This document shows positions 19,219 through 29,610 of a DNA stretch of 64,000 nt, in pieces. Numbering within the stretch: position 1 is the stretch's first letter; each line of letters starts with the position of its first letter. A model generated the notes under the pieces. The model was not told where the DNA came from. It did not search any database and saw nothing but the letters and a program-made list of their open reading frames with translations. The stretch is taken from positions 62,001 to 126,000 of IMG/VR virus record IMGVR_UViG_3300045999_010033; one strand, 5' to 3'. The translations under genes and the position numbers were made by a program.

Positions 19219-19698
19219 TTAATTTTTATCTCTTTGTGAAAGTATAGGAGTTTCGGTTGGCCAATTTATATTAATTTTTGAATCTTTCCAATTTAAACTG
19301 AATTGGTTTTCAACATCAGGGTATTCCCCTTCGTATGCCCATTTATAAAAAAATACAGCGTTATCACTTAACACTAAATGTCCATTTCCAAATCCAGGTG
19401 GGATTAATATTTGTTTTTTGTTTGCACCACTTAAAATTATACTATCCCATTTTAAATAAGTTGGGGATGTGGGTCTATTATCTACAACTACAAAATATAT
19501 TTCACCATGTAGACAACTTATTAATTTAGTAGCTTTGAAATCTCCATGAATTCCTCTTAACACATTTTTCTTTGAAACCGCAACTTTATCGTGATTAAAA
19601 AATAATTCGTGTTCACTTTGATTAAATACGGTGTACAATTCGCCCCTATAATCTTCAAACGAATCGGGCTGAAATATTTTAATTTCAGAAAATATCAT
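19219..19698 (-). CDS. rmlC: dTDP-4-dehydrorhamnose 3,5-epimerase family protein
   Basis: FEDYRG, VLRGIH, IPPGFGNGH, WP...LSQRD. Confidence 0.85.
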   Translation of the reverse strand: MIFSEIKIFQPDSFEDYRGELYTVFNQSEHELFFNHDKVAVSKKNVLRGIHGDFKATKLISCLHGEIYFVVVDNRPTSPTYLKWDSIILSGANKKQILIPPGFGNGHLVLSDNAVFFYKWAYEGEYPDVENQFSLNWKDSKININWPTETPILSQRDKN

Positions 19699-20860
19699 TG
19701 TTAAGTATGTTTATTAATTTATCAATTTTTTCTTCCTCCAACGTGGGATAGTTCCCAATGTACCAACCAAAATGATGGACGTGGTCTACATTTTTAAATT
19801 CATCATAATTAAACTTTCCTTTGAAAAACGGTTGTCTAATTTGATTTCCTCCACCTGATAATCCTCTCCTAAATTCGATTTTGTTATCGCTAAGAACTTT
19901 TTCAAGTTTATTTCTAATTTCGTATGAAGGTTCTTTTAAAATTACTATAAAAGCATAATTACATTGTCCCTCTACTTCTAAATTAGTTATATATTTTGTA
20001 GAATCTAATCTTTCTATAAAGTGATTGAAATTTCTAATTCTATTTATATTATTGTTATCGAGTTTTTTAAGTTGAGATAATCCGATAACTGCATTTAATT
20101 CGGTACTTCTGAAATTATGAGAAGGTCTAATGAATATGAAATCTTTATTTAAATCGGGATTTTCATTAATTATTTTTTGTTTAAATTCTTCATTACTCAT
20201 TTCTCGCATCATACCATGAGAACGTAGTGCTCTACATATTTGATAAAAATGCTCATCGTTAGTACATATCATTCCACCTTCTATTGTACTCATATGGTGC
20301 GCAAAGTAAAAACTAAAATTAGAAGCAAATCCAATTGAACCTACCTTTTGTCCTTTGAAAGTTGTACCATGTGATTCACAAACATCTTCAATTAATAATA
20401 TATTTCTTTCTTTACACAATTCAATTATGTCATCTGTCAATGCGTTTATTCCAAGCACGTGTGTAAGAAATATTGCTTTTGTTTTGGGATTTATTGCTGC
20501 TTTTAATTTATCCAAATCAAATGATAGATTTTTTAAATTAATATCAACAAACACCGGTTGAAATCCTGCAAACATTACCGATGCTACATCCGAAATCCAA
20601 GTTAATGGTGGAACTATAATTTCACCTTCACCATGAATGTAATTTAAAGCTAACATAGTTAATTCATTTGCCGATGCCCCTGAATTAACCATTAGATTGT
20701 ATTTTGTCCCTAACCAATCTCCCCATTTATTTTCAAACTCAATAACTTTTGGACCATTGGTTAATTTAGGAATTGGAGTTTGATTTAAAAAAGAAATCAG
20801 AGATTCAATATCCTCTTTATCTATATTATCACTCATTAATGGTAAGTAAAACTGATTCAT
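19685..20860 (-). CDS. DegT/DnrJ-family PLP enzyme, ColD/RfbH-like 3-dehydratase type
   Basis: VNSGASAN, EDVCESHG, SFYFAHHMSTIEGG (His in place of Schiff-base Lys); start moved to MNQFYLPLM. Confidence 0.85.
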   Translation of the reverse strand: MNQFYLPLMSDNIDKEDIESLISFLNQTPIPKLTNGPKVIEFENKWGDWLGTKYNLMVNSGASANELTMLALNYIHGEGEIIVPPLTWISDVASVMFAGFQPVFVDINLKNLSFDLDKLKAAINPKTKAIFLTHVLGINALTDDIIELCKERNILLIEDVCESHGTTFKGQKVGSIGFASNFSFYFAHHMSTIEGGMICTNDEHFYQICRALRSHGMMREMSNEEFKQKIINENPDLNKDFIFIRPSHNFRSTELNAVIGLSQLKKLDNNNINRIRNFNHFIERLDSTKYITNLEVEGQCNYAFIVILKEPSYEIRNKLEKVLSDNKIEFRRGLSGGGNQIRQPFFKGKFNYDEFKNVDHVHHFGWYIGNYPTLEEEKIDKLINILNNDIF

Positions 20861-20867
20861 ATTTATT

Positions 20868-21404
20868 TTATTTTTCTCCATAATAATCACCCCATTCAAC
20901 TAAAATGGTAGGGCGGTTGTCCGTTCTTTCATACGCGTACTGAAATGATTCAAATATCTGATGTGGTTCATCTAATCGTATTATATCAACCCAATCACAC
21001 ATTGCCTTAAATCCACCAGTAAAATCTGCTATGTGCTGATGTTGTGGGTGCAATGGTCTCTGAGACCCAATAGAAGTTCTAATGATTATTTTTGGTGTGT
21101 ATCCACCATCGGACATTATTTTAATTTTATCTAAATGATTAACCAACTGATTTGCTGCTAATAATAAAAAATTCCAACGTGGATAAATTGAAATGGGTAC
21201 AGTGCCATTCAGAGCCATACCTATGCTCATACCCATTTGCATATCTTCGTTAACCGGCATTTCTAACATTTTGTGAGGAGAAACATCTTTAAGAGTGTTT
21301 GTCATAGCAGTACCCGCGTATGTTACTGCTTGTCCTATAAAATATGTGTTTGGTTTTTCATTTAACCAATCCATTGATCTCTTTAGTTCATCAAAGTATT
21401 TCAT
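20868..21404 (-). CDS. TPP enzyme beta-like subunit (pyrimidine-binding domain only)
   Basis: EMPVNE, GMSIGMAL, NQLVN, PQH; no C-terminal domain. Confidence 0.8.
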   Translation of the reverse strand: MKYFDELKRSMDWLNEKPNTYFIGQAVTYAGTAMTNTLKDVSPHKMLEMPVNEDMQMGMSIGMALNGTVPISIYPRWNFLLLAANQLVNHLDKIKIMSDGGYTPKIIIRTSIGSQRPLHPQHQHIADFTGGFKAMCDWVDIIRLDEPHQIFESFQYAYERTDNRPTILVEWGDYYGEK

Positions 21405-21406
21405 AA

Positions 21407-22012
21407 TTAAAATTGTATTCTTTTACCTGCACCGGCGTGTGGATATTTTGTTTCGTATTGATAATATATTATTTTTCTAGTTTCATTTTTGAAGTATAAT
21501 TCACTATTCCATACTTCTTTTGTAAGAGTACACACCGATTTGCCATTATCTTCTATAACATAAGTTATTGGTAAATCGTGATTAACCGCATACTTCCAAT
21601 TTTCAAAGAATGTGCCGGTTTCGGATGTCATATCTCCTACAAAGCACCAAACATGATTTGCTTGTCCTTTACGTTTGATATCCAACGCCATACCGGTTGC
21701 GATAGGAATGTTGCCGGTTACAATGGCGGAGGAATAAATATTGTATTGTGGATAGCAAAGCGTAATAGATTTACCTTCTAAAATATCTTTCTTTACTTGT
21801 TCTTTAGGTACACCTTTGAGTAAACATTGATAATGAGAACGCCAAGTACAAAATACCCAATCGTCTGATTTTACATTTTGAAATATATTAATCATTTGAT
21901 CTTCATTTCCATAATATAAATGAATGGGAGATTTAATCATAGCATTGTTGAAACAATCCGCTATATCATCTTCAAAGGAAATTAATTCATCTTTAGTTAA
22001 AAGATTTCTCAT
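21407..22012 (-). CDS. TPP enzyme alpha-like subunit (E1-alpha/transketolase N-terminal type)
   Basis: PIHL, WRSH, SSAIV, FVGD...VIEDN TPP-binding motif. Confidence 0.85.
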   Translation of the reverse strand: MRNLLTKDELISFEDDIADCFNNAMIKSPIHLYYGNEDQMINIFQNVKSDDWVFCTWRSHYQCLLKGVPKEQVKKDILEGKSITLCYPQYNIYSSAIVTGNIPIATGMALDIKRKGQANHVWCFVGDMTSETGTFFENWKYAVNHDLPITYVIEDNGKSVCTLTKEVWNSELYFKNETRKIIYYQYETKYPHAGAGKRIQF

Positions 22013-23538
22013 TTTTGTATTATTTTTCTTTTCAATTTAACTTCTAGCATTTTATTAATATTATCAACTGCTACTTGTCCAAATTTAGATTTTATTTTTT
22101 GCAAAAAAGGTGGATAGGAATGATATTCTTCAAACGCTTTATCTCTAAATTCCAATATCTCTGCGGCATCTAATGTTTCGGTTGGTAGTGGTAATGTATC
22201 ATATCCGTGAAACGAATATCCTTCGTATGTATTTGGTAGGGGGATTCCATTCATAATTGCGTTTTTATATAGTTGACTTCCCGGTAATGCCATAGCTGCG
22301 TATGCATTCCATCCAAATGTACACAATTCTTTTGAAAAATCCAAAGTTTTTTGCATTGATTCTTTTGTATCTCCCGGTAATCCGAATATGTAGTTTGCCA
22401 TTACTTCAATATCGGCATCATGTACTTGCTGAATAACTTGTGATATATCTACATCTTCAAATTTTCCTTTAGATACTTCCAAACGAACCGTCTTATCTGC
22501 ACTTTCAATGCCGAGTGCCAACCACTTGATACCTGCTTCTCTTACCAATTTCAATAAATCAGGTCTTCTGACAGTATCAACTCTTGAATACGCCCACATT
22601 CTTAAAAATTTACCATATCCACGTTCCTTTAATAGTTCACACAATGGAACATAATATTTTCTATTCAATAAGAACATTTCATCTGTTATTTTAATAGTAT
22701 GAACTCCCAATTGAACGAGTTTATCAAACTCTTTAATAATAAATTCGGGGGACCAATATCGCATATTGCTGTAGTTGCCTGCGACACCTATCTCATCTTC
22801 ATCGTTTCTATTTAAAATGTTTATCATACAAAATTCACACGCAAATTGACAACCTAAAGATGTTTGAATGGCAGCGTATGGTGAACGTTTAGTTTGGTCG
22901 TATTCGGCGTGCCACATTGGAGCCCTATACAAATCAAGTGGGGTTTCTTTGTATGGGAGTAAATCCCACGCATATCCGGGTAAATCAGTATCCATTTTTT
23001 CATTGGGAACTATTTTTTCAGGTGGGTTTATTTTAATACCATCTTTACTTCTCCAAACTATACCTTTAATGTTCTCTAAATTATCTAAATCAATTTTCTC
23101 TTGAGATAAAACATTCAACAAAGCATAAACGCCTTCATTTGTAAATCCGAAATCTATCGAAGGTTCATCTTTTAAAGTTTTAACTGGAACTGCTTGTATA
23201 TAAGACCCTATGTATGAAATTGGAATTTGTAATTTTTTCTCTTTAAGAAAATTTGAAATATAAACTGCTCCACTCATGTTTACTGTCCCTGCATTCACAT
23301 TTTGACCATATACTACAAAGCATATTAACCTTGGATTTATGATTTTAATTCTATCAAAAATTTGTTCTCTATTTAATTTTTCAGCGTTTGCATCAATTAG
23401 TGATACGGTATATCCTTTGGCTCGGCACGCTTCTGCCAAAAGTAACGCCCAAGTTGGTGGCTCAATTGCCGCATAATCATTTGCCAAATCTTGGTATATA
23501 CCGGTTGCATTTCCCGGTGATATCAATAATACATCCAT
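22009..23538 (-). CDS. cobalamin-binding radical SAM enzyme
   Basis: N-terminal B12-type Rossmann domain; TSLGCQFACEFC; DEMF; LGIES; YIFGLPGDT. Confidence 0.9.
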   Translation of the reverse strand: MDVLLISPGNATGIYQDLANDYAAIEPPTWALLLAEACRAKGYTVSLIDANAEKLNREQIFDRIKIINPRLICFVVYGQNVNAGTVNMSGAVYISNFLKEKKLQIPISYIGSYIQAVPVKTLKDEPSIDFGFTNEGVYALLNVLSQEKIDLDNLENIKGIVWRSKDGIKINPPEKIVPNEKMDTDLPGYAWDLLPYKETPLDLYRAPMWHAEYDQTKRSPYAAIQTSLGCQFACEFCMINILNRNDEDEIGVAGNYSNMRYWSPEFIIKEFDKLVQLGVHTIKITDEMFLLNRKYYVPLCELLKERGYGKFLRMWAYSRVDTVRRPDLLKLVREAGIKWLALGIESADKTVRLEVSKGKFEDVDISQVIQQVHDADIEVMANYIFGLPGDTKESMQKTLDFSKELCTFGWNAYAAMALPGSQLYKNAIMNGIPLPNTYEGYSFHGYDTLPLPTETLDAAEILEFRDKAFEEYHSYPPFLQKIKSKFGQVAVDNINKMLEVKLKRKIIQK

Positions 23539-23545
23539 AATTTTT

Positions 23546-24487
23546 TTATAAATTTGTAAAATCTTTATTTTTAAATTTATTAATTAACTGATAACCTTTT
23601 ATTAGTTCCTGAATGCCATCTTCAAGTGTAAATGCAGGTTGCCATCCAAATGATTCTAGCTTAGAATTTGATACCATATAATTTCTTTGATCAAAATCTT
23701 GTTTAAAATTATTTTCAACTATTACTAAATCGGGAATAAATTTTTGAATTTTTTTAGCTAAATCTAATTTAGTACAATTAGCAGATGTCAAACCAACATT
23801 AAACGCATTATTGTTACATTTTTCATAGTTTTCAATCATAAACAAAAATGTATTTGCAATATCTCTGATATGAATGTAGTTGCGGATAAAGTGTGATTCA
23901 AAAAGAACCAAATATCCGTCGGTTAGTGCTTTATAAACAAAATCATTAACAAGTAAATCCATTCTCATTCTATAAGACATTCCAAACACGGTTGCCAATC
24001 TTAACGCAATACCATTACCCGAATCTAATACCGCCTTTTCTGCGTCACATTTTGTTTCTGCGTATAATGAAAGTGGTTTAAATGGAGATTCTTCAGTAAT
24101 AATTTCAGTTGAAGATCCATATTGAGAGTTAGTGTTTGGTATCAATACCATTTGATCATTGGTAATCCATTTAGTTATATTTTTTACTTGCTCATAATTA
24201 ACTTTAACTGTCAATTCGGGTTGTGCTTTACACGCAGGCATGCCCACTATGGCCGCCAATGGTATGATTATATCGTGGGAATTAACTAATGGTTTTAAAG
24301 TTGATACATCGGTTACATCCCCTAAAATAAAATTAAAATTTTGATGATACGCGAAGGGTGCGACCGATGTTTGTTTATAAATTAAATTATCAACAATTGT
24401 TACCACATATCCTTTATTCAATAAAACTTCTGTTAAAACAGACCCCAAATACCCCGCTCCTCCTGTAATTAATACTTTTTTCATCAT
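23546..24487 (-). CDS. NAD-dependent epimerase/dehydratase
   Basis: TGGAGYLG, LAAIVG, YAETK, RLATVFG. Confidence 0.92.
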   Translation of the reverse strand: MMKKVLITGGAGYLGSVLTEVLLNKGYVVTIVDNLIYKQTSVAPFAYHQNFNFILGDVTDVSTLKPLVNSHDIIIPLAAIVGMPACKAQPELTVKVNYEQVKNITKWITNDQMVLIPNTNSQYGSSTEIITEESPFKPLSLYAETKCDAEKAVLDSGNGIALRLATVFGMSYRMRMDLLVNDFVYKALTDGYLVLFESHFIRNYIHIRDIANTFLFMIENYEKCNNNAFNVGLTSANCTKLDLAKKIQKFIPDLVIVENNFKQDFDQRNYMVSNSKLESFGWQPAFTLEDGIQELIKGYQLINKFKNKDFTNL

Positions 24488-24490
24488 ATA

Positions 24491-25225
24491 TTATTTATAT
24501 AAAACTAACATTCTAAGATTTCCATTTAATCCGGTATATTTGTAATCGTGTTTAGCATCAACAAAAATTATATTTGAATAATGTTTACGAAACGGCTCTA
24601 TTGCCTCTGCAAACTCTTCTTCTGAGTAATCCCCGAATCCTCTATTATCTTTATTTTTTACAATTGGGTACACATCCTCTATTATTAGAATTCCACCGGG
24701 ATTAATATATGGATGTATCGTTTCTATAACATTTATTTGAGTTTGTAAAATATGACAACTATCCTCAATTACAATATCGAACCCATCTCCTGATTCATCC
24801 AATGCATTGATAATTGAACTTTTATCGTATACATTTATATAATGATAATAAACGTTAGAAAGAGTTTCCGATTTAGCACTATCTATAAATGGACGAACCC
24901 AGTCAAACCCATGAATTTCTGCATTAGGAAACCAATCCCTCCATCCTCTGATTGAATGATTTTCATGAACTCCAATTTCACCAAATTTTATTTTTTTATT
25001 TTTAAAAGGAGATAATAAAAAACTATAAACTCCGGTGTATGCGTGTGCGTATGCTCTTGGTGCATAGTGGTAACCATCTAATTTACTCACCGACCCATCG
25101 TTGTTAATACTTCCAAGGAGAGGACTTACTAATGGGGATTTATCGGTTGAATGAAATGCCATCGTGTGACATAAATCGGTAGTACATTGTGTAGTGTCAA
25201 TAACTAATTTGTTAATTGGTGTCAT
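24491..25225 (-). CDS. class I SAM-dependent methyltransferase-like protein
   Basis: GEIGV, IHGFD, FDIVIEDSCH, PGGILIIEDV. Confidence 0.75.
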   Translation of the reverse strand: MTPINKLVIDTTQCTTDLCHTMAFHSTDKSPLVSPLLGSINNDGSVSKLDGYHYAPRAYAHAYTGVYSFLLSPFKNKKIKFGEIGVHENHSIRGWRDWFPNAEIHGFDWVRPFIDSAKSETLSNVYYHYINVYDKSSIINALDESGDGFDIVIEDSCHILQTQINVIETIHPYINPGGILIIEDVYPIVKNKDNRGFGDYSEEEFAEAIEPFRKHYSNIIFVDAKHDYKYTGLNGNLRMLVLYK

Positions 25226-25245
25226 AATAACTGATTTAAGTGTGT

Positions 25246-25256
25246 ATATAAATATA
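25246..25256 (-). promoter_or_regulatory. putative phage late-promoter motif inside the glycan island
   Basis: TATATTTATAT. Confidence 0.5.
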
Positions 25257-25258
25257 TA

Positions 25259-26152
25259 TTATAGTTTGTTAATTTTCGTTACTTCTTCTAAAAACGAATC
25301 CAATTTATTTTGAAAAGAATCTTGCATTGCGATTTCATAATTATAATCCACATATGGTTTCATATCATAGTATTTTTGTGGTGTTAAAGAGTTTAGTATT
25401 TCTAATAAGTTTTCAATAGAATCAAACGTAATTATTCCTCTTTCATCATAAAAATCGCCAATATTTGGACACCCCCAATATATAGGAATTGTTTTAGTAC
25501 AAAGCGCTTCTCCTATTTTTTCGGTATACCAATTATTATGTTTTACATTTTCTACACATACATGAAACATTGATTCATCATAACAAATTCTTTTTCCAAA
25601 AACTTGTGGATTAAGTTTTAAATGATCTGGAATGTGAGAAAGATTTTTTGTATAATTTCCATATCCTGGTCTAACTCCTGCGTGTGTATCAAAATCATCT
25701 AAAACGTGAAACCATTTTTTAGGAATAGTAATATCATCTTTAATTGAATAAATATTATTTCGTAAAATGTGTCCTTGTGTTATAGTTTTTATTCCACTTA
25801 AAAACGATACTTCAAATTTTTTATTTTTTTCTTTAAAAGAAGAATAATATTCCAAAGAATCTTGTTGATAGTTACAAGTAAATGGATACGCGTTATGGCA
25901 TGTATTTAAAATATCATCATTCCATGTCAATATCACATCAAATAAATCATGATTATTTTTAACCCAATTATGTATTCCAAAAAACTCATTTGGTTCGTGG
26001 ACCATTATAAAGTTATATGGATTTAATTGTAATTCTTGTATATTAGTGGGTACATAATCATAAAAAAAAGTGATGGGTTTATTTTGATATTTTCGCAGCA
26101 CATCAAAATACGCATCATTTTCTAATCTAAAATTAGTAAATATCTTTAACAT
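25259..26152 (-). CDS. GT10-like (fucosyltransferase family) glycosyltransferase
   Basis: FHVCVEN...WYTEKI...TIPIYWG GT10 motif. Confidence 0.8.
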   Translation of the reverse strand: MLKIFTNFRLENDAYFDVLRKYQNKPITFFYDYVPTNIQELQLNPYNFIMVHEPNEFFGIHNWVKNNHDLFDVILTWNDDILNTCHNAYPFTCNYQQDSLEYYSSFKEKNKKFEVSFLSGIKTITQGHILRNNIYSIKDDITIPKKWFHVLDDFDTHAGVRPGYGNYTKNLSHIPDHLKLNPQVFGKRICYDESMFHVCVENVKHNNWYTEKIGEALCTKTIPIYWGCPNIGDFYDERGIITFDSIENLLEILNSLTPQKYYDMKPYVDYNYEIAMQDSFQNKLDSFLEEVTKINKL

Positions 26153-27027
26153 TATATCTTTATTAAGAAATCATTGACAGATGTTACAAAATTACTTTTA
26201 GCTATGTGTATGAAGTCATCTTTCCTGTCTATATTGATTAGATAATTTTTATATGGATTATATCTAAATAAATTATTTTCTATAATGACTTCATTATTTA
26301 TTAGATATTGATTTGCGTTAAATCCTCTCATCTTTCCAAGTCTACAGCATTCCATTATAAAAGTATCGTCCATATAATATGCACCCATCTTATTTGGGAT
26401 ATCTACTTTTTTTACCAATTCAGTAGATAAAAGTGTAAACCAACCACTGGCAAATTTAAATTGGTCTATTTTTGTAATTGAAGGGTCTCCCACCAAACCG
26501 GTACTCATATATGGGTCTCTTGAAAAATAATTATTATGAGATGCATCTTCGATTAATGCGTTTTCATTTGTAATAACATCCCATGTCGTATCCCATAATC
26601 TAGTTGTTTCAGGTGTTATTATAAAGTACTTTTCTTTATCTTTTATTATTTTATGAGCTTCCACAATATTGTATAATAAAGTATCGCTGAAAATTATATC
26701 TACATCTAACCATATAAACGCATCAGGTGAATACATCCTTCCTGACCTTCTATGTAAATCGGTACATCCAAGAATTTCTTCATTTTGCGAAACCCAAAAG
26801 TTTGGAGTTGCCCAACTTTGAGTTAAGTGTTCGTAGTTTTTAAGTTTATTAATAAAAAATTGTTTATCAATTTTGCTGTTCTCCCAATCAGTTAAATTAC
26901 AATTTAATACAACTTCAACTGAAAATTGTTCATCGGAAATATATTTACTACTTTTTTTCAATTGAATCAACGTTTGCTCCAATTGATCAATTTCTTGTGG
27001 TAATATATGAATTAATATGTTTATCAT
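26152..27027 (-). CDS. putative GT-A glycosyltransferase
   Basis: FIWLDVD DxD motif; GWFTLLS; DDTF. Confidence 0.55.
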   Translation of the reverse strand: MINILIHILPQEIDQLEQTLIQLKKSSKYISDEQFSVEVVLNCNLTDWENSKIDKQFFINKLKNYEHLTQSWATPNFWVSQNEEILGCTDLHRRSGRMYSPDAFIWLDVDIIFSDTLLYNIVEAHKIIKDKEKYFIITPETTRLWDTTWDVITNENALIEDASHNNYFSRDPYMSTGLVGDPSITKIDQFKFASGWFTLLSTELVKKVDIPNKMGAYYMDDTFIMECCRLGKMRGFNANQYLINNEVIIENNLFRYNPYKNYLINIDRKDDFIHIAKSNFVTSVNDFLIKI

Positions 27028-27728
27028 AAAAAAAATTCAAATAGTTTAGATGCTAATAATGTAATTTTATGATTTTGTTTTAAGTTAAATTGATTATTCA
27101 AAAACATATCAATAGAATCTTTTAGAGCATCATTACATGGAGTAGATAGTTCTAGTAAAATGTCATCATCTATTTTAATTTTTTTACATTTTGGCCCAGA
27201 CCAGTTTCTATCATAGAAAACATGAACATCTACATTTCCATATTTAAAGATTAAAGATAATGAATTTTTTGTTTTATTCAAAATTTTTATATCACTAATA
27301 TCACAATCTCCCAACAAATGTATTAAGATGTATAAATCGTGATACAATAAATCATTAATTAAATTATCTTTAAATGGACCATTTTTTAACCAAATAAATT
27401 CAATAGTTTGTTTGGGTACTGAATTGATATTTTTAATTTCATTTCTTTCTAAGAAGATATTATCTATATATAACGCCACGTTTTGTTGATACGATAGCTG
27501 TATTAATTCTTTTGAAGAAGAATAATTTAATGTTAAAGGTTTTTCACAAAATACATTTGTTTTTTTTAATAAAGCAGATTTGACAATATGATAGTGTTGT
27601 GGTGGTGGTGTCGTCACAAATAAGAAATCAATATCATCGTATGAATTTGGATTTATTATAGGTTTAACGTTGAGTTTTGATTCAATTATTTTTCCCCAAT
27701 AGCCGTACCCTACTATACCGATTTTCAT
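27024..27728 (-). CDS. Gfo/Idh/MocA oxidoreductase (short)
   Basis: IGIVGYGYWG, H, VFCEKP, YHD. Confidence 0.85.
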   Translation of the reverse strand: MKIGIVGYGYWGKIIESKLNVKPIINPNSYDDIDFLFVTTPPPQHYHIVKSALLKKTNVFCEKPLTLNYSSSKELIQLSYQQNVALYIDNIFLERNEIKNINSVPKQTIEFIWLKNGPFKDNLINDLLYHDLYILIHLLGDCDISDIKILNKTKNSLSLIFKYGNVDVHVFYDRNWSGPKCKKIKIDDDILLELSTPCNDALKDSIDMFLNNQFNLKQNHKITLLASKLFEFFL

Positions 27729-28741
27729 GTGGAAATTAATTTTTCTTTTACTTCTCTTGCCACATCAACGCAAGTTGTAATTTTTCCAGAAAAAATAGTT
27801 ATGAGTTTCGGATATGATTTTGATATCATAACTTTTGATAATCGCTCATCGTTTGTAGTTATCGGCAACGCTCTTATAGTTTGCCAATAATCAACAAAAC
27901 TTACATTATTTAAAAACGGAAAATAATTAATAGAATCATTTATTAAATGCTGTAGATTATCTTTTACATCTTTAGCACAACTTAATTCATTTTCATAAGT
28001 TTCTTTTAAAATAGAATATTTGGCATGATACAATAAAAATGTATTAGATGTATTTCCTTTTGGCATTATACTACAAAATGGGCCATCCATCACTGTAATT
28101 CCTATTTTAGGAGAATTATATGTAAATATGGGAACAATAACATCTTGCAATTTAAATTCAATACATTCTGCTCCTAAAAATTTATTAATTACATTTATAT
28201 TTGCGTATGAACAATTTATAATATAATCATAATCAGTATGATTAACAGAAAAAAAAGATGTATTTAATTTTAATTTAATGTTTGTTTTACTTATTTTTTT
28301 CTCTATTAACTCTTTAAATATTTCCCAATCAAAAATTGGTTCATTTACTTTAAACGAAGTATCTATTAAATTATTGTTTAAATAAAGTGAATTAGGAAAT
28401 TCAGATTTATATTCTATATTTGCATTGTTACAAAATTGTATGTAATCATACGACGATACATGACTACCATGTTTAGCTATTGCATAATAATTTGGAAAAT
28501 TTTTAACAATACACTCGGAATAATTTTCTAAAAAAGAATTTAATCCATCTAAACTTTGTAGAGCAGTTTCTAAACTTCTGGGATAATGATATCCATAATG
28601 GATTCTATTATGATTGTTTTTGGATGCTCCCATCATTATTGATGAATTAGTTTCAATTAGCGTTACATCAAAATTACAATTAAATAGTTCCAAAGCAATA
28701 GAGCACCCAAACGCACCTGCACCAACAACTAAAACTTTCAT
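27725..28741 (-). CDS. FAD-dependent oxidoreductase
   Basis: VVGAGAFG, ASKNNHNRIHYGYHYPRS, MDGPF, SGKI. Confidence 0.85.
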   Translation of the reverse strand: MKVLVVGAGAFGCSIALELFNCNFDVTLIETNSSIMMGASKNNHNRIHYGYHYPRSLETALQSLDGLNSFLENYSECIVKNFPNYYAIAKHGSHVSSYDYIQFCNNANIEYKSEFPNSLYLNNNLIDTSFKVNEPIFDWEIFKELIEKKISKTNIKLKLNTSFFSVNHTDYDYIINCSYANINVINKFLGAECIEFKLQDVIVPIFTYNSPKIGITVMDGPFCSIMPKGNTSNTFLLYHAKYSILKETYENELSCAKDVKDNLQHLINDSINYFPFLNNVSFVDYWQTIRALPITTNDERLSKVMISKSYPKLITIFSGKITTCVDVAREVKEKLIST

Positions 28742-28804
28742 TATTTTTAACTTTACAATTAATTGTTTTTGATAGTTAACTCTTCTTGCAATCCTTTCGT
28801 AATT

Positions 28805-29218
28805 TTAAATTCCCGATAGATGTTTTGTTTTATCATAATTTAAAATTTGACTAGTTGATTTGTTTGGTACTCTGGAAAAATAAAATATATTAGGAATATA
28901 ATATCGCCCTATTATATTTTTATTTTTATAATCATCTCCTATAACCATTATATCCGGTGTGTATTCTTTTATTCTATCTATAAGTTCATTATCGGATGAA
29001 AATGTTACAATAGAATCTACATATTTAATTGAAGATAAGAATTTTATTCTATCTTTCAAAATATTATATGGACGATTTTCTCCTTTTTTTTCTTTAATTC
29101 TTTCATCGGTATCTAATCCAACTCTTACGTTTCCCAACGAATTAGCGTATTCAAGTAAGTTAATGTGTCCAATATGAAGAACATCAAACGAACCATTTAC
29201 CCAAACACGTTTTACCAT
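28805..29218 (-). CDS. HldE/RfaE domain II-type nucleotidyltransferase
   Basis: NGSFDVLHIGH, KGENRP, GDDY, STS. Confidence 0.85.
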   Translation of the reverse strand: MVKRVWVNGSFDVLHIGHINLLEYANSLGNVRVGLDTDERIKEKKGENRPYNILKDRIKFLSSIKYVDSIVTFSSDNELIDRIKEYTPDIMVIGDDYKNKNIIGRYYIPNIFYFSRVPNKSTSQILNYDKTKHLSGI

Positions 29219-29610
29219 GATATTTCCCAATCTTTAAAATCTGCAGCCAAACAATCAATCTTATAATCCTTTCTGCCTCCCATAACTTCTTGAATTTTGT
29301 TTTTAGCAGTATTACGAATGCCATTCAATCCATGTGTTAGTTCAAGATTATTACCATCTTTAATTCCTTTACGATAGTTGGATTCGTTGTGCCAAATATG
29401 AAGATTCATTTGTGATAAAACCACTATTGCTCGGATTGTTTCGGCTGTAATTGGTTCTTTTGTTTCATTCAAATATAATTGAATATCGTGCACAATATCT
29501 GCAATTTCTTTTGCATACTCATCTTTGTGTTCGGCAATAAACACTTCTTTCAATTGAATAATAGATAATCTATCTATTAGTTCACTTAATGTTGGTAAAT
29601 ACTTTCTCAT
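29212..29610 (-). CDS. helical protein of glycan clusters (DUF4254/DUF6165-like)
   Basis: ELIDRLSI..LK, NLHIWHNE, NGIRNTAKNKI. Confidence 0.55.
   Translation of the reverse strand: MRKYLPTLSELIDRLSIIQLKEVFIAEHKDEYAKEIADIVHDIQLYLNETKEPITAETIRAIVVLSQMNLHIWHNESNYRKGIKDGNNLELTHGLNGIRNTAKNKIQEVMGGRKDYKIDCLAADFKDWEISW

Noticed and set aside
20868-22012. Pyruvate dehydrogenase E1 as a central-metabolism gene
   Set aside because: Subunits are truncated, no E2/E3, and the context is nucleotide-sugar synthesis
28759-28836. 25-aa micro-ORF MIKQNIYREFKITKGLQEELTIKNN overlapping the nucleotidyltransferase stop
   Set aside because: Could be a remnant of a displaced gene, but too short to support
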